Assembly (NCBI GenBank): GCA_951406725.2
Contig: OX597824.1
Span: forward strand, 50,840,001 to 50,904,000
Direction of reading: 5' to 3'
From: Octopus vulgaris
Lineage: Eukaryota
Length of the DNA stretch: 64,000 nt
Shown here: in pieces, positions 1 through 12,200 of the stretch
Numbering within the stretch: position 1 is the first letter of the stretch
How the letters are laid out: each line of letters opens with the position of its first letter
Position numbers and translations under genes: made by a program
The notes under the pieces: model-generated
The model's database searches: none
Seen by the model: the letters and a program-made list of their open reading frames with translations, nothing else
Told to the model about the DNA's origin: nothing

Positions 1-113
1 CATGCACACATACACACCTAAGTTGTCACTCGACACGGTAGAAATAATAACCATACATATGTGCATACATACATACATACATACATACATACATACATAC
101 ATACATACATACA

Positions 114-147
<34 letters not shown>

Positions 148-150
148 CAT

Positions 151-922
151 TCGTTGTGGAGTTAACACCGAAGATATCACCCACATCATAAGCAGTTGTC
201 CGAAAATGTCATCACAGTATTATCTACAGATGAGATATGATGCTGGAGCTATGACACTCTATAATGAAATCCGTCGGAAGGATAATCCTGAGGACAAAGA
301 AATAAGAACTCACAGTATGGTAGAAGCCATAGCCATTCATAATAAAAAAGAGTACTGGTGGAATGTACCAGTGAAGACCTCAATAAAATGTAAGCACAAC
401 AGACCTGATATAATGATTTGGAATAGAGAAGAGAAACTGTGCACAGTTATGGAAATTAGCTGCCCAGCGGATGTCAACATAAAGCTGAAGATTAGCGAAA
501 AAGAGAAAACCTACGCTGAACTATTGAGAAATTTGCAATTACTCTATCCAGATTACAAGTTCAGGTTTATACCTGTAATTATTGGGACCCTGAGATAGGT
601 ATCACACTGCCAAAATACCAATCTTGAGAAATTAGGCTTCTGAAAACCAGAAAGTAGAAAGCTAATTCGAAGACAACAGATCCAATCCATCACTGGAACT
701 GTAAAAATTTGTAAAACTTTCCAGAAGTTTATCATTTAACTACATATGAGCATGTCTAGATATGCAAATATATGCATGAGAATACACACATAAAACAAAA
801 CATACAAGTCTGCACATATTCGTACAAATATACATACCAACAAAAATACCTGTTGATGTTGAAATTCTAATGAAGGAACCTTTGATTTAGGTTAGAACCA
901 GGCTCTTTCTCTATTGGCAAGA
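151..922 (+). mobile_element. 5'-truncated R4/Dong-clade non-LTR retrotransposon (C-terminal zinc knuckle + restriction-like endonuclease, 3' UTR)
   Basis: ORF 2..598 after the HTYI microsatellite reads CGVNTEDITHIISSC...WWNVPVKT...HNRPDIMIW...MEISCP...EKEKTY...IPVIIGTL (truncated CCHC-type knuckle and PD-(D/E)xK RLE). Stops follow; the 3' UTR resembles those at 25325-25399 and 25550-25610. Confidence 0.88.
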
Positions 923-1157
923 AATATGTATGTATGTACGTACGTATGTTATGTTATGTTTGCATTGCTGTATGAATGTCCTGGATATGACTTTAAACTG
1001 TAGGCCTCTGTTTCATGAGTGCCAACCTTTTCTGAAAAATGGGATGTATGAAACGTGGTTTTTTATCAGGCAGGTGGCAATACTAAAAATAATCATGGTA
1101 ATTTTCGTTGGGGGCGTCGTCCAGAAAGCCCCACGAGGGGCAGGTTACCCATGACTG

Positions 1158-1214
<57 letters not shown>

Positions 1215-1240
1215 TTTGTGTGTGTGTGTATGTATGTATG

Positions 1241-1289
<49 letters not shown>

Positions 1290-1291
1290 GT

Positions 1292-1700
1292 ATTACTCTT
1301 TACTCTCTACTCTTTTGCTTGTTTCAGTCATTTGACTGCGGCCATGCTGGAGCACCGCCTTTTAGTCGAGCAAATCAACCCCGGGACTTATTCTTTTTAA
1401 GCCCAGTACTTGTTCTATCGGTCTCTTTTGACGAACCGCTAAGTTACGGGGACGTAAACACAACAGCATCGGTTGTCAACCAATGCTGGGGGGACAAACA
1501 CAGACACACAAACACACACACACACACATATATATATACATATATACGACGGGCTTCTTTCAGTTTCCGTCTACCAAATCCACTCACAAGACATTGATCG
1601 GCCCGGGGCTATAGCAAAAGACACTTGCCCAAGATGCCACGCAGTGGGACTGAACCCGGAACCATGTGGTTGGTTAGCAAGCTACTTACCACACAGCCAC
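1292..1700 (-). mobile_element. tRNA-derived SINE, family A (internal microsatellite)
   Basis: Minus strand begins GTGGCTGTGTGGTAAG (A box) then GGTTCAGTCCC (B box). Homologous to copies at 3045, 18900, 30686 and 46305. Confidence 0.85.
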
Positions 1701-1749
1701 TATATATTATTTCAAGGATATAAATACCTCTTAAAAGGATGTCAGCATC

Positions 1750-2450
1750 CAATCTGTTCCAGTAATCTCCGTGTGGCGCATTCTGTCTCTAGAATTGTCT
1801 TCAAAATTATATCTTCACTTAACAATAGGAAATTAAGTGATTTGTATTATTATAATAATACGAATAAATGTAATACTTGAAGAACAGTAAAGGTGATAAT
1901 GATAGTAAAGCATATACTAATAAACCTTTCTAATAAACAAAGGAAACAATCCACGTTGGGTCCCATCTTAACCTAAAGGCTAACAGTATGGACTATAATA
2001 TTAATGAATATAATTTTATAAATGAAATAGAAAGATGAATAAAAATAAAAGCATATATTGTGATTGCAAGCTTAGCAATCACTGCTTAAAAAATATTGCA
2101 AGCAAAAAAAAAAATATATATATATACGATATAGATGAAATCTGAAGCTAAAAATTATTTTTATATCGGTTCAACGGATAATTATATAAAAAAAACATAT
2201 TACTAACCATCAATACACCTTTAATAATAGAAATAAATCGTCTTATAAATTTGTTTGGGACTTGAAGGACAAGAATAAAAAGTATAGCATAAAGTGGGAA
2301 ATAATAAAGCCATACCAACACCAATAGAATTGGAGATAATAGTATTGAAGAATTATTTCAGATTTTGACTTCTAGGCGTAAGCTTCTTAGTCCCAAAAAG
2401 AGAGTAGATCATCCTGTGTTCATGCCTGTAAACATGTATTTAAGAATCAC
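1750..2450 (+). mobile_element. Heavily degraded PLE 3' end (Cys linker + GIY-YIG endonuclease), mostly absent from the ORF track
   Basis: Hand translation across frameshifts: NLRVAHSVSRIVFKIISSLNNRKL; CDCKLSNHC (2059); YIGSTDNYIKK..NHQYTFNNRNK..FVWDLKDKNKKYSIKWEIIK (2162); EELFQIL..LLS; HACKH (2421). Confidence 0.72.
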
Positions 2451-3044
2451 CATTGAAATAAAATGAAAACGTTACTAAAACTATAAATTAACTATCTTAT
2501 TAATTGACTAACTAGAAATATATAAATACTTATCTTAGAAAATTCCAATTCCAATTAAAATAATAAGTATTATTAAAACAAAGAATACAATGTATTAATT
2601 GGATAATTTTTTATTATATTTAATGTTAATTCATTCCTCAATAGTAATCGTATGAATCTTTTTCTCATCATTATAAAAAAAAAAATATTGCGCACAAATC
2701 TTGATGACGTAGTATGCAGCGAAGGTATATGGTAAACTTTTTGAATTCGACATCGTTATGTAGTACGCAGTAAACAATAGATATATTTATGATTTAAATT
2801 ATATTAAATGAATTATATTAAATGAATTAAATGAATTGTTAATACAAACAATTGTAACCAAGAAACTTAGAAAATAATTCTTAGTGGATATTATGATAAA
2901 AAATAAAATAAAAAATATATTGTACATAAGTCTTGTTGACGTAATATATGTGAACATATAGAATTTCGTCATGGTCATGTGGTACATAGTTAAAGGAACT
3001 ATGATTTATGTTTTCAATTATAAAACTAAAAAATCAGCAGGTGC

Positions 3045-3179
3045 AGGCGTGGCTGTGTGATAAGAAGTTTGCTTCCCAACCACATGGGTCCGGGTTCAGT
3101 TCCACTGCATGGCACCTTGGCCAAGTGTCTTCTGCTATAGCCTCGAATTTGGTAGACGGAAACTGAAAGAAGTCCGTTG

Positions 3180-3233
<54 letters not shown>

Positions 3234-3420
3234 TTTGTCCCCCACCATCATTTGATATTGACGTATTTACGTCCCAGTAACTTAGCCGTTCGGCAAAAGA
3301 GACGGATAGAATAAGTACTAGGCTTACAAAGAATAAGTCCTGGGGTCGATTTATTCGACTAAAGGCGGTGCTCCAGCATGGCCGCCGTCAAAATACTGAA
3401 ACAATTCTGAGAATAAAAGA
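3045..3420 (+). mobile_element. tRNA-derived SINE, family A
   Basis: GGCGTGGCTGTGTGATAAG ... GGTTCAGTTCC, internal (TA)n(TG)n, and the same 3' body as 1292-1700. Confidence 0.85.
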
Positions 3421-4039
3421 ATTATTAATACTAGAGGTTATAATTAGGTGACTGACAATATAATTCTCAAAGTGATTAAAAAACTTTGCTGACATTTCGT
3501 ACTCACACAAGTAATAATGAATATTAGGAATAAATGTTTTTAATTACAATTAACTGTATCAAAATATCGTTTAGGCAAACTAACGGCTCGGTTTTTTTTT
3601 TCAACATATTAATACACGCACGCGCACAAATAAATTAAAACAAAGTTGCACATACACAAGTAACAGTTTCTGAAAAATGTATTAGAATGCACAAGCGCAC
3701 ATATCTGAATTGAATGCTGAGTATACCAATGATATATCAGCACATTGGGATGTAGTTCCTTTTTCTATTGAGTTCTGACCCTGACGAAATATGAGTCTTT
3801 AATTTAATTTTTTCTAATTTGAATTAATTGATTTGACATGGAAAGAATTGTAGTTTCTATGATCTTGATATTGCTCGAAATTGGATTTGTTTCAATAAAT
3901 TGATGTCTATATGTTAATTTCTCCATTTCCTTCTTTTTCTTATATATATATTCATGCATACATATATGTGAGCCTATGTATGTATATGTGTATGTATGTA
4001 TGTATCTATCTATCTAGATATAACTATATATATATGCAC

Positions 4040-4084
<45 letters not shown>

Positions 4085-4132
4085 GCATGACCATACCCTC
4101 AAGGCTGAAACATATAAAATAAAAAAAGACAT

Positions 4133-4169
<37 letters not shown>

Positions 4170-4903
4170 AAGAGATAGATAGACAGAAAGAAAGATAGAT
4201 AATGGTGAATTGTGGGTGTATGGGTGCGTGTGCATGTTTGTATATCGAGACACTTTCATATGCAGCTGCTAGACATCTAAGCCATTCGGTGCAAATCCTT
4301 AAAGTTTTGTCTGCGTTTTTTTTTTTAAAACCCTTCCCTTTTTCTCTGAATGGTGTTTGTAAATAAAACATTTAGTTATGACAACTAATAGCCATTTTCT
4401 TCTCTTCACCGATCAAATCAGAGCTGCATATCTTGACCTCTGTCCTATTTCACACTATGTATCTGACTGCGGATATGACGTTTTTCATTAGAGACAGACG
4501 TACACTTTCTAGTGTACTGCAAACATTAGAAAGCTACGAGAATCATCCGTCAAAGAATTATAACTTAACGTAGACAACGTGTAAAACGTAGAGGGCAACT
4601 GTACTTGTCTTTATACATGGGATCTAGTAAGATTACTAGATATTAGGGTGGGTTGGGGAGGATGATAACTCAATCTGAGTTGTGATTTTGACATTCTGCT
4701 TCCGTTGTCTGGTTATGAAATTTAAAATTAGGCTGCAATTGTTTTGACTAAAATCACACAGTATTTTACGCAATTCCAGATAAGCTGTCGTGTATATGCA
4801 AATGTGTTTGTGTGTATGTATGTGTGGGAGGGTAAATATATTCGTTTGTCACAAAATATGAGTGTGTAGGCATTTTTAATTCAAAAGCAAGTACACGTGT
4901 GTC

Positions 4904-4940
<37 letters not shown>

Positions 4941-5182
4941 GGAATAAGTTGCTAAGTAGACAAACAAATGAAAAACAAAAAGAAGGAAGTAAGAACTATG
5001 GACACAAAATTATATATATACTCAAAATAAGCAACAAGAATGACTCCGGTAATTTGGTACGATATATATATATAGATATATATATAAAGTTAATCCAAAC
5101 ATGAAAACACAAAGAGAAAACACAACAACGCGAGGACGTGGAACAAATATAGTATTATTGGACGCTCAAGAAGGAAGGGAAG

Positions 5183-5269
<87 letters not shown>

Positions 5270-5319
5270 ATATGTATATGGTAAATAAATAATATAAAAA
5301 AATGACTAATCTCCTGTTT

Positions 5320-5359
<40 letters not shown>

Positions 5360-5364
<5 letters not shown>

Positions 5365-6680
5365 CAGAGATACCCGGCGTTGCCCGGTTACATTCAATTG
5401 AAGAATTAGACTTTTCTGTTATATTTTCTGTAATGAACTGGAATATCTATGTTTCGAATTTTATCAAAATTGCAGATGAGGGTTATTTCCCTCTTTACAC
5501 ACCCTTAAAAAATTTTGATCGTGCCACAAGTATCCCATACTACTGATTTTTATGCGCATATTCAAAAATTCCAGTCTTATTGAACCTGGTAAAAAGATTT
5601 TGCTCCTGAAAAATGAAGGTCATGGAGCTCTAAAATCTGAGAGATAAGTCCCCTGTTGTGGGTGGGCATCTTAATGTCAACCAGAGAAGTTGAATTGTTG
5701 AAAATCGTTTTAACTTGGGTCTTATATCTATTGTTTGAATTTCTTTGAAATAGGAAATATATGTTCACTGGGTTTGTAAAAGAGAGCAAAGCTGCAGGAA
5801 ACCAAAAGACGAATGATCACAATAAGCAGTCAGTTACCTTACCCTAGTCGTCGCCACTCCCAGTGTAGGATTCCTCACCATCCTGGTGACAGGCACAGCC
5901 GTAAGATGCATTACGAATCTATAGCAATTGGAAGGGCGTGACTCAACTGAAATCAACATTAACAACTGTGTGACGTGAGGGCTAAGGAGAAATGAAAGTG
6001 TCAACTCTGGAGTTTGCAAATGACCACTATACTGATACGTAACTGGACAGAATAAATTTACAATCTATAAATGTCTTTGAATAACCAGTCACTCATCTGG
6101 GAAGGCCTTGAAATCAATGTTACCATCTGGGGACTATGTGTGACCCAGTGATAATAAAAATACTGAAAGGAGGTCTGCAATCAAATAACTTTACTCAACA
6201 CTTTGCAACTGAATTAGTGGAAGCAAAGATGCCTCTCATTTACTTGACAATTTATGCACCATATTGTAGAAATCACAATGTAAGTGTATGTCAAAGCAAA
6301 CTGTTACACTATTGTACCATTGAATTAGAATAATGCCCAACTTTTATTCCCGGGTAACCCTAAAGCTTCCAAGAGCACAAGTGTATTCGCTTTTGCTTAG
6401 ATAAAATGACAAAATTGTGGGTGTTAAGTCCCCATGGAGGGGTCTTTCTAACTTGTAAGAAGATGAAATTTTGTAAATATTACTTCATTTGTGTCTAATA
6501 TCTATGGTTAAAATTCCATCAACTGCAAAATTATATGAATTGTCATGGGGGTTATGGCCCTTATGCATAGAATATAATTTCCAAATTTCCTAAAGATCCA
6601 TTCAGTCCTTTTGACCTAGTTTTGGATCATAAAAGAAATGACTAAAACTTGGGAGTTAAGGCTCCCATTAGGGTGTTATA
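5360..6680 (+). mobile_element. Putative non-autonomous Helitron/Helentron-like element
   Basis: Starts ATTAGCAGAGATACCCGGCGTTGCCCGG, a start motif typical of such elements. Has CCAAATTTC..GATCC-type subterminal motifs at 6580-6600 and (TA)n on both sides. Confidence 0.45.
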
Positions 6681-6754
6681 TATATATATGTAAAAAATGA
6701 AGTTCGAAAATGCTGCTATATTAGACAAATTTTTAATTTTTATATATACATTAT

Positions 6755-6803
6755 TTATTTAACATGTTTCGGTTCTTGAAATGATGAACCTTATCAAAAA
6801 AAA
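6755..6803 (-). ncRNA. Minimal type I hammerhead ribozyme-like motif (U3-A8 variant)
   Basis: Minus strand: TTT-TTGATAA-GGTTC-atcatttcaa-GAACC-GAAAC-AT-GTT-AAA. 5-bp stem II, palindromic stem III (ACATGT), weak AU-only stem I. Confidence 0.55.
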
Positions 6804-6934
6804 TTATATATAAAAAAGATAGTTCATGCTATCAAATATAAAAAAATTCATATATAATATACAATAGAGTCAGACATCAAAAGTTCATATATAGTGAAGT
6901 GAGTTCATGCTATATGTTTAAAGAGTATGATGTA

Positions 6935-7041
6935 GTAGTTCATAGTGGTGATAGGCATTCAATATAAAACATAGTTCATAGTGGTGATATGCATTCAATA
7001 TAAAACATAGTTCATAGTGGTGATATGCATTCAATATAAAA
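6935..7041. repeat. About 36-bp tandem repeat x3
   Basis: TAGTTCATAGTGGTGATATGCATTCAATATAAAACA repeated. Confidence 0.9.
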
Positions 7042-7167
7042 AATTGATGTTCTTGAAAAAGCGAGGAATTCATTTTAGAATTTACCTTGAGTAACTGTGA
7101 TGACTTTTGGTCGGTGTCCGCTCGGACAGTGCTGGCGAACCTTGTGAATTGTTTGGGTTTTATATCA

Positions 7168-7495
7168 CCTGTTAGGTGGCCAGTCCAGCGGAACGTGACG
7201 TCATCAACGTTTTGACCAATCGTTTCGTTAGGTGGCTAGTCAAGCAGAACGGGACGTCATCAATATTATGACCAATCAGAATCGGGTCCGACCTATAGCT
7301 GTATTAGATCTGCCCCTTGTCTGTATCCTGTTAGGTGGCCAGTCCAGCGTAACGAGACGTCATCACTGCTTTGACCAATCATCCCGTTAGGTGGCCAGTC
7401 CAGCAGAACGAGATGTCATCAATGTTTCGACCAACCAGAATCGGGTCTGACCCTTAGCTGTATCGTATGTGGCCAGTCCATCAGGATTAGATCTG
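7168..7495. repeat. About 57-bp subrepeats x4 (higher-order ~160-bp duplication) in PLE 3' UTR
   Basis: GTTAGGTGGCCAGTCCAGCNGAACGNGACGTCATCAA...GACCAATC units near 7170, 7227, 7330 and 7386. Confidence 0.85.
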
Positions 7496-8445
7496 TTCGA
7501 AGAGATCATTTTATAAATTTTTTCCCTTTTCCCTAAGACATATTTCCGTCAGTGTGAGTGACTGTTTAAGGTAGCGGCCGTGGTGGAATTTCGCTTCTCC
7601 TTTTCGGAGGACCAATCTTTTGTTTTAATATTCCTGGCCCAGGGTGTTTAAACTTGGTCTAAATTGTTTGATGAAATACAGTTCTTTATTTTGGCGTTGC
7701 GTGAAGGTTGCGTTGTCACTGAATTTATAAAGCGGGTAAGTTGTAAATTTCGGATTTACATTTCCAGCACATCTATCTATGTGTCCGCTGACCGGTATTT
7801 TCCGGTATTCAGGGTTTCTAATTTGTGATTTATGCACCGCCATCCTGTTACGTAAGCTATTTTTTGTATGGCCTATATACTGCCTATTGCAGCCTGCGCA
7901 TGTTATGACGTAAATTAAGTTTTCTGATGCGCAGGTGAAGTTTGCTCTAATGGTGAACTGATGGCCTTGTTCTAGTATAAATTCTGAACCTTCTATCAAG
8001 ATGACACAGATTCCGCAGTTGGGCCTTCCACATTTTCTAACTGTTGGTTTTGTGGTTGATGCTGAGTGCAGTTTAGCTTGGGTTAAGATCCTTTTCAAGG
8101 ATTTTGGTTGCCGTTTACTTTTAATGATGGTGTGTGTTTCGAGGATCCGGTTCATCTTTGGGTCTCCCTTTAGTAGGGCTGTGCTTTGTAGTATGGTGCT
8201 GAAGGCCTCATTGTTGAGTGGGTTGTGTGTAGAGATGTAGGGAAGGGTTTTTAATTATCCTTTCTTTTTTGGTTTTGTTTGTCTCAGGTCTTCTATACTT
8301 AATTTGAGTGCCCTTTGGATTGCACTGTCTATTAGGGGCTGTGGATAGTTTCTATTTGTGAGTGTGGTTCTAAGTTCCTGGAGACGTGTGTGTCGGGTGT
8401 TTGTGTCTGATATTATGGTGCAGATCCTTCTAGCTAAACAAAAGG

Positions 8446-8618
8446 GACATTTATTCTAGTGTGTCGTGGGTGGCATGAATCAAACAATACCTACCCTTTG
8501 ATTCATGCCACCCACGACACACTAGAATAAATGTCAATACATAAAATAATTTATATAAATTAAAATTTAACAATTATAATAATTAAATTTTAATTTATAT
8601 AAATTATTTTATGTATTG
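8446..8618. repeat. Two abutting perfect inverted repeats (39-bp and 36-bp arms, 12-nt loops)
   Basis: 8446-8484 is the reverse complement of 8497-8535; 8535-8570 is the reverse complement of 8583-8618. Confidence 0.95.
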
Positions 8619-8754
8619 GCTTAAGTCTTTCTTTGTTTGATTCGCATAATAGTGGTTTTGTCTCTAATTAATATAATATAATATTTTACTATAAATTGGA
8701 TTCAATCCTAAATTTGATTTTTCCCTGTAAATTTGGATTTATTCCCTAATATTT

Positions 8755-8864
<110 letters not shown>

Positions 8865-8904
8865 AAGATAGATAGATAGATATACACACACACTTTCAAA
8901 GACA

Positions 8905-9100
8905 AATTGATAGATACAACTGAGTGGGCAAACAAAAATATGAGATACAGCCTAGTGCTTTTTTATGTTGATAAGCCTGGTACTTATTCTCTTAGTTTGT
9001 TCTTGTGAAACCAGTAAGTTATGTGGATGTAAATAAATGAACAGCAGTTGTGAAGCAGTGATGAGGGCGAAACACAGAGACAAAGACACACACATGCACT

Positions 9101-9162
<62 letters not shown>

Positions 9163-9243
9163 CATATATATACACATGCACTTATATACATATGTATATA
9201 TACGATTGATTTGTTTCAGTTCCTGTCTACGAAATCCATATAT
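8905..9243 (-). mobile_element. SINE family A 3' part (duplicated at 10457-10700)
   Basis: Near-identical to 10457-10700 including the flank AATTGATAGATACAACTGAGTGGG. Confidence 0.7.
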
Positions 9244-9245
9244 AT

Positions 9246-10236
9246 TGTTGTTGTCATCCTTTTTGTCTCGGGAGACAATGGAGTTGTGCATAAAATAATT
9301 TAGTCCGGCTTTTACATTTCATGTCCTAATACATCTCCTGCTGTGGCTGTGTAGTCCTATCCTGGACAAACACTCCCTCTGGCAGGTGCCGCAAATGTAG
9401 TGAAGACTTTGCTTGGCTGGTTGTAATGTCATAGTTTCTTGTTGACGTCTTTTCTTGTTTTTCCATTTCTCTTCTCTCTCTATGTCACTCCTTTGTGTTA
9501 CCTCTTTTACGGTACGTCGCCAATCTCCACGGTTGCTGGCAACTGCTTCCCAGTTGGTAATATTGATGTTGCAGGCATTCATGTCCCTTTTGCAAACATC
9601 CTTGTATCGTAAGAACGGTCTTCCCACAGACCTGGTGCCTCTAGCAAGCTCTCCGTCGAATATGTCCTTGGGGATTCTGCCATCTTCCATACGGCTAACA
9701 TGTCCAAGCCATCTCATACGTCTTTGTGTGAGGAGTGCAAACATGTTTGGTATTCCTGCTTGCTTGAGGATATCTTTGTTGGGGACATGATTCTGCCATT
9801 TGATGCGGAGGATTTTCCGGAGGCAGCGCAGGTGAAAGATATTTAGGCGACGCTCTTGGCGTGTGTATGGCGTCCAAGTCTCACTTCCATACAGTAGAGT
9901 GCTAAGTACACATGCCTGGTAAATATTCAGTGTTAATGCGTGGTCGCCCCATTTTGTTGGAGTGATGGACTTTTTTAGGTAGAATCCTCACCCTGTTTCT
10001 TATTAGTGAATGATCTGTGTCACAATCCGCACTGTGGTAACTACGGGTCAGTTGAACAGAGTTCAGAAAGGATCTTCGTGTAATGATGAAATCCAGCTGA
10101 TGCGAGTGGTGAGATCTTGGATGTCTCCAAGATGCCTTGTGGAATGTCTTGTTGGCAAATAATGTGTTAGCGATACACAGGTTATGGTATGTGCAAATTT
10201 CAAGTAGTCTCTGATCATTGTCATTCATGTTGCCAA
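9246..10236 (-). mobile_element. Internally deleted RTE-clade LINE (APE endonuclease C-terminal part joined to the ORF 3' end)
   Basis: 9902..10255 has NDNDQRLLE.C....LCIANT.F...HKASWRHPRS...QLDFII...DCDTDH. 9319..9744 has RRMRWLGHVSRM...G.R..GRP..R plus C..C.R...SRIGL.SH. 3' end has a TTGTCTC-GAGACAA hairpin and a (CAA)n tail. Confidence 0.92.
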
Positions 10237-10315
10237 TAAAAAAAAACACATACACTTACATATATGCATACATATATATATACGGTTGATTTTTTTCAGT
10301 TCCTGTCTACGAAAT

Positions 10316-10434
<119 letters not shown>

Positions 10435-10456
10435 TGTATACACACACATAAAGATG

Positions 10457-10830
10457 AATTGATAGATACAACTGAGTGGGCAAACAAAAATATGAGACAC
10501 TGCGTAGTGCTTTTTTATATTTTGATAAGCCTGGTACTTATTCCGTCAGTTTCTTGTGAAACCAGTAAGTTATGGGGATGTAAATAAACGAACCCCAGTT
10601 GTGAAGCAGTGATGAGGGAGAAACACAAAGACACATACATAGACTTACATATATACATACATATACATACAATTGATTTCTTTCAGTTTCTGTCTACAAA
10701 ATCTACTGACATGGCTTTGGTTGGTCCCAGGCTATAGCAGAAGACACATGTCAAGTTACCACACAGTGGGACTGAACTGAGGACCATGTGTTTTGGAACC
10801 AAGTTTGTCATCACACAGCCACACCTACAC
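10457..10830 (-). mobile_element. tRNA-derived SINE, family A
   Basis: Head GGTGTGGCTGTGTGATGACAA ... AGTTCAGTCCCACTG on the minus strand. Confidence 0.8.
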
Positions 10831-11031
10831 CTATGTATGTGTGTGTGTGTATGTGTGTATGGGTGTATATATGTATGCATGTATATATATATGTGTGTAT
10901 ATATATGTGTACATATTACATGTATATCTATATATATATACATCTAGACATACATGTATACACATACATGTATATCTAAAGAAATACATCTATACATATA
11001 CAGTTATACATATACATGTATACATATACAG

Positions 11032-11110
<79 letters not shown>

Positions 11111-11539
11111 CATCCATATACATACAATAGAGAGATATTCTTGTTTCACTTTTAACACGTAAGACTGAAATAGTGGAGAAGATATGATATTGCTGTGGGC
11201 TCGCCCTAGGCAAGAAGTTAGAAATTGTTTTGCCCATGACACTCCCCGGACCCTAAGTAAGGCATGTGTAAAATTTGAATGAAATTGGTTGTGTAGTTCT
11301 CAAGTTTTAGGGAAACACACAGACAGACAAGTGTGTGTGTGTGTGACTATATTGGAATTTGGAATTTGTGGAATCGTGGCAGATGATCTTTATTATATGA
11401 ATGGCACTGCACTGCAGGGAAAGAGTGACTGTTTTGCTTCAGAATCCAATGAGCTGAGAGTTTCTTTACGTGCATATCACACCATTTACTTTTATACGCT
11501 ATCTTTTACGTAATTTGTCTAACTGTTTAGGGAATATTT

Positions 11540-12200
11540 TCAGCTTTTTAAACATCAAGGGTTATGTCATCAACATATCTAATATTTATGGAAAGAAAAT
11601 CGTTTAGTGCTAAGTCCTTCATCTCTTTCCTGAGGAATTCCAAGAGAATGATAACAATGGAAGCAGACAACAGATAACTCTCTGTTTGACTTACGCATAC
11701 ATCCAAGTCCATACTCGGAAATGTATAGTGCCTCTATAGTTCGCACTATCTTTGCGTATCGGTGACATCATCTTCTCTAGAACCTTTTGCCAGATGGTAT
11801 CGAAAATAGTTTTAAAGTCGATTAAGTTGAACTATAAGGAAATTTGATATTATCTGAGCATCTATATTGTCCGAACGGTATTGACAGCTTCTTCAGATCT
11901 ATTTTACATTTTTAAGTAAAACCAATATCTACTGAACTCATTTCGAATTATTGATAAGACGAAATCGATCTATAACTGTCGCTTATAGATCTATCCATGT
12001 ATTGATGCTACAAGTCTAAATAGCCTTATCTTTTAGTTTTATTTCTGCTTTCCATACTATTTTGAACATGATGTGTAACATTTTAACCGCGTACCCTCCT
12101 CTTACTTTTAGCTCTTCGGCAGTGATGGCGTTCCAATGTCAAGCGAGATTTTGCGGCTTTACATAATTTGCATTTGCTCTTTTATTTCCTTATTTATTTA
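11540..12200 (-). mobile_element. Ancient degraded RTE-like reverse transcriptase fragment
   Basis: Hand translation: ITAEELKVRGGYAVKMLHIMFKIVWKAE; FNLIDFKTIFDTIWQK; INIRYVDDITL (YxDD at 11566-11577). Many stops and frameshifts. Confidence 0.75.

Larger units (their letters stand above)
6690..8484 (-). mobile_element. 5'-truncated Neptune-type PLE (RT thumb, Cys linker, GIY-YIG endonuclease, long 3' UTR/pLTR)
   Basis: ORF 7625..8155: KCGRPNCGIC...NLIYVITCAGCNRQYIGHT...R...H...E...LN. Upstream FDSCHPRH..LARRICTI. Homologous to ORF 49068..50480. Confidence 0.92.

Noticed and set aside
858-922. SECIS-like ATGA...AAA hairpin in the R4 3' UTR
   Set aside because: Lacks the 3' GA of the kink-turn quartet.
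1855-1970. Minus-strand LLERFISICF resembling a GPCR TM3 motif; AT-rich region also suggested a NUMT
   Set aside because: The plus strand carries ordered PLE motifs; no other GPCR or mitochondrial gene features.
7195-7265. TTGATGA...GAAAC..GTC across subrepeat junctions as a hammerhead
   Set aside because: Stems I and II do not close.
6935-7495. Short direct repeats as a CRISPR array
   Set aside because: No unique spacers, no cas genes, eukaryotic retroelement context.
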